Shown: positions 25,353-37,679 of the stretch, piece by piece | How the letters are laid out: every line of letters begins with the position of its first letter | Numbering within the stretch: the first letter of the stretch is position 1 | The notes under the pieces: model-generated | Told to the model about the DNA's origin: nothing | Seen by the model: only the letters and a program-made list of their open reading frames with translations | Database searches by the model: none | Position numbers and translations under genes: made by a program | DNA from: Malacoraja senta | Taxonomy: Eukaryota | Length of the DNA stretch: 64,000 bases | Direction: 5' to 3' | Assembly: GCA_038087875.1 (NCBI GenBank) | Contig: CM076001.1 | Span: forward strand, 684,001 to 748,000

Positions 25353-25649
25353 GGTGGCATGGTGATGCAACGGAGGAGTTGCTGCCTTACAGTGCTTGCA
25401 ACGGCAGAAACTCTGGTTCGATCATGAAGACGGGTGCTATCTGTACGGAATTTGTATGTTCTCCCTGTGGGTTTTCTCAGAGATCCTCGGTTTCCTCCTA
25501 CACTCCAAAGACGTACAGGTTTGTAGGTTAATTAGCTTGGTAATGGAGTGTAAGTAGAATTGTGTTAGAGTGCGGGAATCGCTAGTCAGTGCGGACTCAG
25601 TGGGCCGAAGGGCCTGTTTCCGCGCTGTATCACTAAACGAAACTAAACC
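25353..25649 (+). mobile_element. V-SINE (HE1-like)
   Basis: B-box GGTTCGATC, V-domain and CR1-like tail. Confidence 0.82.
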
Positions 25650-25911
25650 GATCCCGCTATCATCAGTCAAGAAGGACATAACCTGGTTGCTGTCATATTG
25701 CTGCTTTAGGAGCTTGCTGTGCACAAAATGCTGCCATATGTGACTATACAGAAGCCTTACACTGGTAGGAAAATATTAGAGATGTCCTGCTGAACACTTG
25801 AAGAGCTCCATGTATATGTAGGTTTCTTATAGTTTCCTTGAGTGCATAATTTAGAAACCCCTTAGCAACTGTCCGGCTTTAATCTAGGAATATGATACAA
25901 GATGCTTAGAG

Positions 25912-25982
25912 CAGGGGTGGAAATCCCGGGGGGGGCAGGGGGGACACGCCCCCCCCTGTTTTGATAGCGATTTCCGTGCCTG
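25912..25982. mobile_element. 71-bp hAT-type MITE
   Basis: Perfect 8-bp TSD GCTTAGAG (25904-25911, 25983-25990); imperfect TIR CAGGggtGGAAATC / CAGGcacGGAAATC. Confidence 0.75.
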
Positions 25983-26917
25983 GCTTAGAGCATGAAAGCG
26001 TGAGTTTTTGCCCCGCTCCTTCCTGGTGAATAGCATCTTCACCATGTTCTGGCAGCCGAGAAACATGAGCCATCTGCATCTACTGTTGAAACCAGCCATC
26101 CGGTGCAAGCTGATGGTCAGTGTGTGGTCTAAAGATAAAGAGATACCCATGTAAAACTCTGATGAAAAGCAATTTCCTCTCAAATGATTTATGATTCTTG
26201 GATACTTTCTACTCTAGTGAGCTGTGGGTGCCCAGTCATTAAGTATATTCAAGTTTGGGATGAAATTCGGACCATAGGGCAAATGAGGATTATAAGGATC
26301 GGATAGGAATATGGGACTGTGGCCAGGAGCAGAGCGAGCAGTAGCGTTATTGAATGGTGAAGCAGGCTCAAAGAGCTGAATGGTCTGCTTCTTCTGTTTC
26401 TTGTTCTTAAGTCCAAGACAATTGCCGACAGTGAATTTGAGCTGATTGGAAATTAGCAACTCACTTCCCCCCCCCCCACCCCTGCACTTTCCTACCTCCT
26501 TCACCACCCAATCCTCACAACAGCCCCAAGCAAAACGATAGGTTCAATGTGCAGAGATTGAATAAAATCACCAACAGGAAATGAGCGTTATCTTTCATTA
26601 TGACAAGGAGACTTGCCTCTTCTCTGTTTAAGGATTAATCCCCTCTACAGTAAGACACAACCAGTATTTACTGCCATTAACCAGTAAATCTACATAATAC
26701 ACGTATTCTCCTGTAATCCTTCCTTAAAACAACAAATGAAAGATAAATTGCTGCATATATTTCTGCAAGCTTGTCCTCTGGGCCCAGCCAACTACATTTG
26801 AAGACAAACTCAAAGCTTAAATGCTGAGTGTCTCAACTTCTGAGGGTAGGTTGCTTCTTTTTTACCTATCATGAATGTGTGGTGCATCTCCTTAATGGCT
26901 GATTGTTGTCGAAGACT

Positions 26918-27845
26918 CGACTATAGATGAAGCTCTCACCAGGGTCTCTTCTAAACCCCGTAAGTAACTCTGCTCTCACTACCCACCCCCGACTCGTAAC
27001 AAGGACAGAGTCCCCCTTGTCCTCGGCTACCACCCTACCAGTCATCACATACACCAGATAATCCTCCGACATTTTCGCCACCTCCAACGGGATCCCACCA
27101 CTGGCCACATCTTCCCATCTCCTCCCCTTTCGGCTTTCCGCACTGACCGCTCCCTCCGTAACTCCCTGGTCAATTCGTCCTTTCCCACCCAAACCACCCC
27201 CTCCCCTGGTACTTTCCCTTGCAACCGCAGGAAATGCTACACTTTTCGCTTTACCCCCACCCCCCCCTTGACTCCATCCAAGGACCCAAGAAGTCTTTCC
27301 AGGTGCGGCAGAGGTTCACCTGCACCTCCTCCAACCTCATCTATTGTATCCGCTGCTCTAGATGTCAGCTGCTCTACATCGGTGAGACCAAGTGCAGGCT
27401 TGGCGATCGCTTCGCCCAACACCTTCGCTCAGTTCGCAATAACCAACCTGATCTCCCGGTGGCTCAGCACTTCAACTCCCCCTCCCATTCCGATTCCGAC
27501 CTTTCTGTCCTGGGCCTCCTCCATGGCCAGAGTGAGTCCCACCGTAAATTGGAGGAGCAGCACCTCATATCAACCCAGCGGTATGAACGTTGACTTCTCC
27601 AATTTCAGGTAGTCCTTGCTTTCTCCCTCTTTCCCCTCCCCTTCCCAGCTCTCCCACAACACACAGTCTCTGCCTCTTCCTTTCTTCCTCCTGCCCCTAC
27701 CACCCCACATCAGTCTGAAGAAGGGTCTCGACCCGAAACGTTGCCTATTCCTTCACTACATAGATGCTGCCTCACCCGCTGAGTTTCTCCAACATTCTTA
27801 TCTTCCTTTGATTTTTCCAGCATCTGCAGTTCCTTCTTAAACATC
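26918..27845 (+). mobile_element. Penelope-like element 3' part: GIY-YIG endonuclease plus terminal repeat
   Basis: FTCTSSNLIYCIRCSRCQLLYIGETKCRLGDRFAQH...PVAQHFN (27219-27593); terminal repeat with CTGAAGA...GAAACGTT at ~27715-27742. Confidence 0.92.
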
Positions 27846-27930
27846 TATAGAGTCTGAGTCATTTAGCACAGAAACATCATGATAGTGACCATCATTAGGC
27901 CTGTCTTTACTAATCCCACTTACCAGCTTC

Positions 27931-28231
27931 TTTAGTTTAGTTTAGAGATACACCCACCCTTTGGTCTACCGAGTCCGTGCCGACCAGCCACCGCCACACA
28001 CTAGAACTACCCTACACACACTAGGGGCAATTTACATTTACCAAGCCAATTAACCTACAAACTTGTACGTCTTTAGAGTGTGGGAGGAAACCGGAGATCC
28101 CTGAGAAAAGCCATGCAGGTCGGGGAGAGAAATTACAAACTTCCTACAGTGAAGCACCTGTAGTTAGGATTGAACCCGGCCGGGTCCCTGGCACTGTAAG
28201 GCAGCAACTCTACCGCTGCACCACCGTGCCA
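27931..28231 (-). mobile_element. V-SINE (HE1-like)
   Basis: Same family as 22234-22526. Confidence 0.8.
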
Positions 28232-28532
28232 CCCTTTACAGCTTCTGTTCTGACAAACTTTTATGTCTTGCTGATTCAAGTGCTCATCTCAATTCTTATT
28301 CATTTGATTCTCCTTCAAAAGATTTGGGATTGCCCTGTGCAAAACTCGTGTGTTGGCATGTATTTTAAAGACTTTGGAAGTAGGCAGCTTGGTGACAATG
28401 TTACCCACAAGAGACATTTGCTGTTTGACAAGTTGTATCCTATCCTGGTGTCCAAGAGTTGACAAGGCCACTCAACCTCTCAGTTTCCCTCACTGTATTG
28501 GCTTGCCACCACCCATCGCAGTGCCCAACTTA

Positions 28533-29714
28533 AACCCGTCTCACGGTGCGAGTTGACCCACGAGTGACCCCGAGTTTAAAACAAATTAAACTCGTGGTAA
28601 TCACGTACGATTAACGTTGCAGGAACGTCGGAACTCGTGGATGCAACTTAGCGACTCGTGGCGCTAACGGCAGGTACCCGTGAAACTTGATAACTCTTGA
28701 AAAATTTCAAACATGTTTAAAGTTTTCCACGAGTCAAATTTACTGTTGAAGTTAAAAATTGAAACATTTAAACTCGTAAGAACTTGGTGGCCCGTGAGTT
28801 AAACTTAGTGACTCTTGAGTCTACCGTGTTAACTCGTGGGCACTCTGAACTCCGCAGCTGGACAGAGAAAAAAAAGGTGAGTAAAAAAAAGGTGATTTTT
28901 ACTCTGTTATATTCATGACTTGAATGTTATATTCCTTTCATCATACCACACAAAATTGAGGAAGTGGCACAATATATTCACATCTTGATTCTCACAATCA
29001 TTTGTGAGAGTTAAAGACTCAGGTGCCTCATATGCTGTGCTTTTTAAATGTTTAAAATTGTCCCCTCTCAGTAGATCAGAAAATAAGACAAACAGCACGG
29101 TAAATGTGAAACAAAGTCTTTATTCATCTTGTTCAATATTTAAAAAACGCTTTTTTGCACATATTGAGAAAAGGAGCACCACAGCAAACAACACAGTGGT
29201 CTGAAAAAGGGCTTCTCAAACATGCAAATCAACAAATGAAGCACAAATGTATTTCCAGTATATACTCTCATTCAGCTGAGAAATGGAGCACAAGCCTAAA
29301 TTCAGGCAATAAAAGAGACAATGCAAAGCACTCAATGGCAAGTTTTGACATCTACCATCAGATAAGCAGATGCATTATAACCACTTTTTAAAGAAAAGAC
29401 AGATGTAATGAAATTACTTACACTGAAAAAATAAATCCACACTTAAAGTTGAATAAAACAAAGTCATTTTTACCATGTGATGATTTTTCAACACGTCGGT
29501 AGATGTTGTTGGCTGAAGAGTAACTCGGGAGAGGAACTTGATAACATGGGAGACGAACTTGGAACATCGCAGAAATGACAAGTAAACGGCAAACTTAGTC
29601 ATACCCGTGGGAACTCGGTTAAACTCTTGTTCATAAACTTGGAATCTCGTACATAACCACGAGTCTTTCACTCGGGGTCATTCGTGGGTCAACTCGCACC
29701 GTGAGACAGGGCCA
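28533..29714. mobile_element. Non-autonomous PIF/Harbinger DNA transposon (~1.18 kb)
   Basis: ~40-bp TIRs GTCTCACGGTGCGAGTTGACCCACGA(G/A)TGACCCCGAGT; TTA on both sides (28530-28532, 29715-29717); many subterminal ACTCGTG motifs; no ORF. Confidence 0.85.
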
Positions 29715-30134
29715 TTACCCTACTGCCAAGCTCAGAGACATGGCGTCAAACCTGAGCTACCACATGCCCTGTGCCAGTATCAGCATGACTAATTGCAGAT
29801 TGCTCTTGCTGCTTTTGGTCCAGTCTGAACAGTTGGCATTCCTTGCAACACTGTGCATGTGTAGAAGTAGAAGGATGGAAAGAGATTTTGCATACGGTGC
29901 TTTCTACAACCTCAGTGTGTTCCAGAATGCGATATTCCTTGTGAATGACTTATGTAGTGCTATTCTGTGGGAAACGCAGCAGCCAATTTATGTGCAGCAG
30001 TCCACCACAACATTGTAATTTAATGATGATTGGAGAACATGTGTTATTTGCTGAGGGACTATTTCATTCAGAAATATAACTTGTATTTACAATGATCAAA
30101 CCTGGGTGGTCCTTTGCTACCAGTCATGGCATAA

Positions 30135-30495
30135 ATGCACAGGCTAGATGCAGGAAGATTGTTCCCGATGTTGGGGAAGTCCAGGACAAGGGGTCACAGC
30201 TTAAGGATAAGGGGGAAATCCTTTAAGACCGAGATGAGGAAAATCTTTTTCACACAGAGAGTGGTGAATCTCTGGAACTCTCTGCCACAGAGGGTAGTTG
30301 AGGCCAGTTCATTGGCTATATTTAAGAGGGAGTTAGATGTGGCCCTTGTGGCTAAAGGGATCAGGGGGTATGGAGAGAAGGCAGGTACGGGATACTGAGT
30401 TGGATGATCAGCCATGATCATATTGAATGGCGGTGCAGGCTCGAAGGGCCGAATGGCCTACTCCTGCACCTATTTTCTATGTATCTATGTATCTA
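30135..30495 (+). mobile_element. CR1 3' fragment with (CTATGTAT)n tail
   Basis: RLDAGRLFPMLGKSRTRGHSLRI...GYGEKAGTGY*. Confidence 0.92.
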
Positions 30496-30794
30496 TATAA
30501 AGGGCTGTGTTTCTGGACTTGGGTGGAATGGCTCGATGCCCTGCCACCATTTGGGCAAAATCACTGGAGTTGTGAATGCTCCAGGGCAGTTGGATAGGAT
30601 CTTGTCATCGAGATGAGGCCACAATGGGATCATGACTCTTTCGGTTAGGGCCCAGGGATAGATGGATCCAGCAAAGTCCTGTCTCGTTTAAATTTTTATT
30701 TGGGTGAAAAGTAGCTTCTCAAGTCACACAATGGTTCAGCGGAGAGCAGATCATGTTATATCCTCAAAGGAACAATCCTTCAACAAATGCATTA

Positions 30795-31332
30795 GAAACA
30801 TAGAAAATAAGTGCAGGAGTAGACCATTCGGCCCTACAAACCAGCGCCGCCATTCAATATGATCATGGTTGATCATCCAGAATCAGTACCCCATTCCTGC
30901 TTTTTCCCCGTATCCCTTCATTCCGTTCGCCGTGAGAGCTATATCCAACTCTCTCTTGAATACATCCAGTGAATTGGCCTCCACTGCCTTCTGTGGCAGA
31001 GAATTCCTCAGATTCACAACTCTCTGGCTGAAAAAGGTTTTTTCCTCACCTCATTCTTAAATGGCCTACCCTTTATTCTTAGGTAGACAAAAATGCTGGA
31101 GAAACTCAGCATTAACTGAGTTTGAGTTTCTCAAAGACCCGCTGAGTTTCTCCAGCATTTTTGACCACCTTCGATTTTTCCAGCATCTGCAGTTCTTTTT
31201 TAAACATACTCCTTATTCTTAAACTGTGACCCCCAGGTTCAGGACTCCCCCAACACCGGGAACATTTTTCCTTTATCTAGCTTGTCCAATCCCTTAAGAA
31301 TTTTATATGTTTCTATAAGATCCCCCCTCTTC
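30795..31332 (-). mobile_element. CR1 3' fragment interrupted by a fold-back Penelope-derived unit (31082-31212)
   Basis: CR1 sequence resumes after the insert; TTATTCTTA is duplicated at 31073-31081 and 31213-31221. Confidence 0.85.
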
Positions 31333-32174
31333 TTCATTGAGAGATAGAGCAATGAATCATCTTCTTGGATCAATTTAGAATCTGTGTGTATACTCAGATT
31401 TTATCTGAGCTTATTTTACACTCCCCAAGTTCCAATCATCTACAATCACTTTCCTCTCAACTAAATTCTTCTACTCGGGTATACAGGTGCGGCAACATAC
31501 AGTGGCTGGTTAACTGACCAACCTACACATCTTGAGATCTGGGAGGAAACTGGAGTATCCAGAGGGAAACCTTGGTGGTCACAGAGAGAATGTGAAAATT
31601 CCATACAACAGGTCAGGATCAAACTCGGGCCATTGGAGCTGTGAGGCAGCATTCGCCTATGTGCACCACTGTGCTGGTTATAGAGCACAATAACATCTGT
31701 GCATCTTCTTCATTTAACTCTCTAAGGAAAGGAAAGGAAAGGAAAGGTTAAAATTTTCAACTGCAAAAGAAAATCTTTTAAGTGTATCTCATGAGGAAAC
31801 CCACATGTCACGACCCAAATATTGACTCTACTTCATTGACGCTTTGTTTAAAGAAAAATAAATCTGGGTGGGCTGTTCGTGTAATTTTGCCATCATGTTG
31901 ATGGACTTATGTTGCCTTTATCTAATTTAAAGCCATTTTTGTCATTGTTCATAAATAATCAATGTCTGTGACAGAGCAAGGCTACATGTTAAATAAACTT
32001 GTGTGGAAAATCAGCTTTAAAAAAAAGTGATCTTTTGCAGACTATTATTTTCTTTCTCTGAATAGCGAATGAAAATAATTTTCCCTATTCTATGAGGGAT
32101 AAGGAAGTCTAGTGGAAGAAGTTTTATTTAAAATGCTCCCAAAATATGTGCCTTTTTAAAAAATTATAAACTGA

Positions 32175-32487
32175 TCTTGCCCAGAGTAGGGGAATCGAGG
32201 ACCAGAGGACATACTGTAGGTTTAGGGTGAGAGGGAAAAGATTGATTAGGAATCTGAGGGTAACTTTTTCACACAAAGGGTGGTGGGTGTATGGAACAAG
32301 CTGCCAGAGGAGGTAGTTGAGGCTGGGACTATCCCAACATTAAGAAGCAGTTCGACAGGTACATGGATAGGACAGGTTTTGAGCGGTATGGACCACGCGC
32401 GGGCAGGTGGGACTAGTGTAGCTGGGACATGTTGGCCAGTGTGGGCAAGTTGGGTCGAAGGACCTATTTCCACACTGTATGACTGTG
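32175..32487 (+). mobile_element. CR1 3' fragment
   Basis: VVGVWNKLPEEVVEAGTI plus 3' UTR. Confidence 0.88.
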
Positions 32488-33406
32488 ATTCTGATCAAAA
32501 TCTAGGAATAGTTTTGACCTTTGAAGGTAGTAGTGTGGCATTGTGAGCCATTAACCTGAGCTGCCTGTGATACTTTTCCACATGTGGGATGCATTTAAGT
32601 AACTGTGTTATCTACCTAAGCCTGTGGTTACATAACAAAGATATCTACCCTATCAATGAGGATCCAGAATGTGTAGTGACATCCTGTCTATCTCAGTGGA
32701 GTCTATTGAGCCTTGATTGGTACACAAAACCTCCACTGTTGCCCTTGGGAACATAGAGGCAATAAGATGATCTGAATAATTGTATCCCAAATTGCACTCA
32801 CCCCAGCCCACTTCCCAACAGAACTGCAAACCAATGTGTAGGAAGGAACTGCAGATGCTGGTTTACACCGAAGATAGACGTAAAATGCTGGAGTAACTCA
32901 GCGGGACAGGCAGCATCTCCGGATAGAAGGAATGAGTGACGTTTCGGGTCATTCAGCATCTGAAGAAGGGTCTCGACCCGAAACATCACCATTCCTGCAC
33001 TCCTTAGATGCTGCCTGTCCCGCTGAGTTACTCCAGCATTTGGTGTCCATCTTCAGTGCAAACCAGCTTCATCACCACATCAAACCCTGAACACAATCCT
33101 TACATGATCTTGCCAGTAGTTCTTTAATCAGATTGATGTTCGGAATTTAACTGAAGAGATTGTATGGGACGTGTGAATAAACAAGAGAGCCCTAAAGGAG
33201 AAAATGTTGTTGGAAAGTGGCCAAATATCACTTTTCCTTTCATGATTCACCATTTTATTAGAAGAAAATATCATCAGTATTCCTCTTGTTGAAGATATAT
33301 GCTCACCACTAACCATTTTGCACATCAATAGTCTTTAGACCTCCCTCCCACAGCCAGTGAATGGACCAGAGATTTAATCTGTCCCTTCAAAATCTTGTGC
33401 CTAAAG

Positions 33407-33730
33407 TTTAGTTTTAGCTTCGAGATACAGCATATAAACTAGCCGTTCAAGCCCACCGAGTCCACACTGATCACTGATTACCCATTCACACTAGTTCTAT
33501 TTTATCACACATTCCCTACACACTACAAGCAATGTACTAGGGGGGCAATTAACCTACAAACTCACGTGTCTTTGGGATGTGGGAGGAAAGTGGAGCACCC
33601 AGAGGAAACCACTCAGTCACAGGGAGAACGAGCAAACTCCACACAGTTAGCACCCAAGGTCAGAATCAAACCAGGGTGTGTGGCACTGTGAGGTAGAAAA
33701 CTCTACTAGTTATGCAACTGTGTCGCCCCA
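33407..33730 (-). mobile_element. V-SINE (HE1-like), diverged
   Basis: GGGAGGAAA..GGAGCACCC..GGAAACC..GTCACAGGGAGAAC core. Confidence 0.72.
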
Positions 33731-33764
33731 AATACTGTAAGTGTTCTGAAGATCAAGCTTCAGA

Positions 33765-34170
33765 CTTGAGGGCCTGAGCTGTAGGGAGAGGTTGGGCAGG
33801 CTTGGAGCGCAGGAGGCTGAGAGGTGATCTTATAAAGATCCTGAGGGGAATAGATAGGGTGAATGCACAGAGTCTTTTACCCAGAGTAGGGAAATCGAGA
33901 TCCAGAGGACATGGGTTTAAGGTGAGACGGGAAATAAATAGGATACTGGGGGCAATTGTTCACAAAGTATGGAACTACCTGCCAGAGAAGGTAGTTGAGG
34001 CAGGTACTATAACAACATTGAAAAGTCATTTGGACAAGTACCTGGATAGGAAAGGTTTAGAGGGGAATGTGCCAAACACAGGCAGGTGGGACTAGTGTGG
34101 ATTGGGCATCTTGGTCGGCATGGGCAAGTTGAGTCAAAGGGCCTGTTTCTGTGCTGTATGAATATAACTC
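33765..34170 (+). mobile_element. CR1 3' fragment
   Basis: LERRRLRGDLIKILRGIDRVN...SRGHGFKV...WNYLPE. Confidence 0.88.
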
Positions 34171-35727
34171 TATTGCGAACTGTGAGGGGAATCATAATTC
34201 AATGACGTGGAATATTGGATTTCATAAATAGAGTTCTGGAGAGCAAGCACATGTGAAGATGAGCTTTCAACAAATGCTGGTTTGGCAACAACTTAGACAT
34301 TGTGTCCAGTTCTGGGCACTGCACTTTATGAAAGAAATGAATGGCACAGAAAAGACTTACTAAAAATGATTCCAGGGTTGAGGGGTTTTAGTTATGTGGA
34401 TGTGGTTTTGTAGGAAGGAACTGCAGATGCTGGTTTACACCAAAGATAGACACAAGATGCTGGAGTAACAGGCAGCATCTCTGGATAGAGGGAATGGGTG
34501 ACGTTTTGGGTCGAGACACTTCTTCAGACTGAGAGTCAGGGGAGAGGGAGACACAGAGATAAGGAAGTGAAAGGTGTAAAAACAAGACAACAAAGGGGAT
34601 GAAGATAAGGAAAATGTAGAATAGATCATTGTTAGATAGGAGATCCCCCCTGATGCAGGAGCTTGAATCGCCCCGACACAGGGCCCAAACGCTGCGGGAG
34701 GCTACGGGAGTCAAGATCGTCCAGTCAATGGGAGGCTCGAGGCCCTTGACCGCGGGAGAACAAAGAAGGGAAGGGATTGATTTTTTTTTTGCCTTCCATC
34801 GCAGCGAGGAATGTGGAGGAGTCAATGTGGTGGATGTTTATATTAAAATGTGTTTTGTGTGTTCTGTTGCTTTTTATTTGTATGACTGACTTGGCAAATG
34901 ATGGTGTTTGGCAAAAGAACAAAAGCATTCAGAATGCGTATGGGGTAGGACTAGTTGAATTGGACACAAAGTCCTGGAGTAACGCCGTGGGCCAGGCAGC
35001 ACCTCTGGGAAACATAAACAGATGATATTTTGGATTGGGACCCTTCTTCAGACTGACCCGAAACATCACCTATCCATGTTCTACAGAGATGCTGCCTGAC
35101 CCGCTGAGTTACTCCAGCACTTTGTGCCCTTTTGTGTAAACCAGCATCTGCAGTTTCTTGTTTCTACTAGTTGAATTGGTCTTGTTTCATCTTGTACTGC
35201 TACAGTGGCATCCTGCTACAGTCTAACCAGTGCATGATACGTGCATTAAAGTATCCCCATTCTGACGCTGAGCATTTGCCAACGTTGGGATTCAGTGCTT
35301 AGGATCTTTGGAACCTCGTTAGGAGTTGTTCCATTACTGATTGAGGCCTTTATGCACTGCGCAGTTAATCACTTCAAGTGTCTGTCTCTATCCTTCTAAT
35401 CAATACCTTACAGTGACGGCATTTTGTACTGAGACTCTTCCCCATCTTCAAGCAAAAAAAGATGCAGGAGCAAGGATGCTTTCAATCAGCTCCTATCAGG
35501 AACTGCACCGTGGCTTTACACATTGTTCTGGGTGTCAACTGGAACTCTGCCGTTCTTGTATTTTTGAGCAATATCTTTATATTCATAGGATTCCGATCAA
35601 ACTTATGTCGTGCACTACAAAAAAAGGTGAATGAAACACATAGTGCTGGAGTAACAGTGGCTTGGGCAGCATCTCTGGGTAGAATAGATAAGCAATAATT
35701 TGGAATGTGACACTTCTTCAGACTGAT

Positions 35728-35927
35728 NNNNNNNNNNNNNNNNNNNNNNNNNNNNNNNNNNNNNNNNNNNNNNNNNNNNNNNNNNNNNNNNNNNNNNNNN
35801 NNNNNNNNNNNNNNNNNNNNNNNNNNNNNNNNNNNNNNNNNNNNNNNNNNNNNNNNNNNNNNNNNNNNNNNNNNNNNNNNNNNNNNNNNNNNNNNNNNNN
35901 NNNNNNNNNNNNNNNNNNNNNNNNNNN
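35728..35927. other. Assembly gap (200 N)
   Basis: Run of n. Confidence 1.
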
Positions 35928-37252
35928 ATAATTACATCCAATAATGATGTTGTAATTAGCCATCTAATATCCTTGGCTCCTATCATTTTAAAAACTGACA
36001 TTAATAGCATGTAATATTAAAAATGATTGACTCATTTCTATTGAGAAGATTCACAGTGCACAATTTTGAATGGCAATCTTGGCCCAAAAAAGCATTATTA
36101 TTGAAACCAAACAGAAAAGTAAAGTAACAAAGCCAGAAGTGCTAACTCTCCATGAATGAAACATTTTAAGCTGCGGCGATATTTCAAAGTTTATCATCAG
36201 CGAAACTAAAAAGTTTGGACAATCAATTAATATCTATGTAAAGTTATGGGTTGTACAGTTGCAGTGACTCTAGTAAATAGATTGTCATTGCAGTGGAAAA
36301 CTAAAAGAGAATTATGAGCAACTATTGCATAAAAACGTGGCTGTTCACGACATGGAGACATAAGAACCTGCAGATGGCAGAATGTTGAGTTCCTCCAGTC
36401 CTTTGTGATGTATTATTCACTATATGCTAGTTTATTTGTGAGTACTTGATTTAAGTATCAGTTAAATTGTCCATTAAATTATTTTGTAATCCAAATACAA
36501 TCTGGAGTAAGTGATGTGAAATTAAGCATGGCTTCTTCAGATAGATTTTAAACAAGGGATGAAAGATGTTAAACTGGTTAAAAACAGAATAACAACAGAC
36601 ATAGGTCTGGTGTTTGCTGACTGAAAGATTGTAGTGTTCGTCAGAAGATCACTCGCTGAGCCTTGTTATGTAAAATGAATGCTTCAACAATCTTGAATTA
36701 GATAGTGATAGTTACATTTATATGTATGCTCTGGCTGCCAAGAACTGGACCTTAGGATCTGGCAGATGGTTTCATGTAGGGAAGAATGCATTATCAGTTT
36801 CAGGTGTATTAAGGTCACAGTTCAGTGGACACACAATCTTGCCTCTGAATTGGAACTTTATTGGTAAGAAATCCATCCCTTGTCAGGAACGCAAAACAGT
36901 CTATCTGGTTGGATTAGGGCATTGTAGTCTGCCTCTGAAATGCTTTCCATTAAGGTAAGCTATAAGATTGGTTTCCAGATAAAACTGCAGTATGTGGCAT
37001 AAATCACTGCTGGGAAGGAGAATTTTAAGGCTACAATTTTTTTCAGTTACAATTTTTATTTGAACCTCATCTGACTGCACCTGAAGAAGTGCAAGGGATC
37101 TGGTTTCTTCACAAATATTTTTCCTTCAAACAACATCACTGAAGTAGATTTCCAATCACTAATTTAATCGCGATTTATTGGAGCCCCAATCAGAAGATTA
37201 TCCGCACATTCCTTTATCACAACAGTGATTCCACTTCAGCAATACTTCATGT

Positions 37253-37679
37253 GGACAGTACAGTGGTACAGCAGTAGAGTTGTTGCTTTATAGCACCAGA
37301 GACCCAGGTTCGATCCTGACTATGGGTACTGTCTGTGCGGAGTTTGTACATTCTATAGACAATAGACAATAGACAATAGGTGCAGGAGTAAGCCAGCACC
37401 GCCATTCAATGTGATCATGGCTGATCATCCCCAATCAGTACCCCGTCCCTGCCTTCTCCCCATATCCCCAGTTCTCTCTGTGACTGCGTGGATTTTCTCC
37501 AGGTGCTCCGGTTTCCTCCCACATTCCAAAGATGTACAGGTTTGTAGGTTGATTGGCTTCTGTAAATTGTAAATTGTCCCTAGTGTGTAGGATAGTGCTA
37601 GTGTACGGGGTGATTGCTGGTTGGCATGGACTTGTTGGGCCGAAGGGCCAGTCTACAAGCTGTATTTCTAAACCTAAAA
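37253..37679 (+). mobile_element. V-SINE interrupted by a minus-strand CR1 3'-tail fragment (~37355-37470)
   Basis: B-box GGTTCGATCC; V-domain split by (AGACAAT)n-GGTGCAGGAGT...CCCCATATCCCC. Confidence 0.8.

Noticed and set aside
35615..36010. ORFs spanning the second gap
   Set aside because: Artefacts of N translation.
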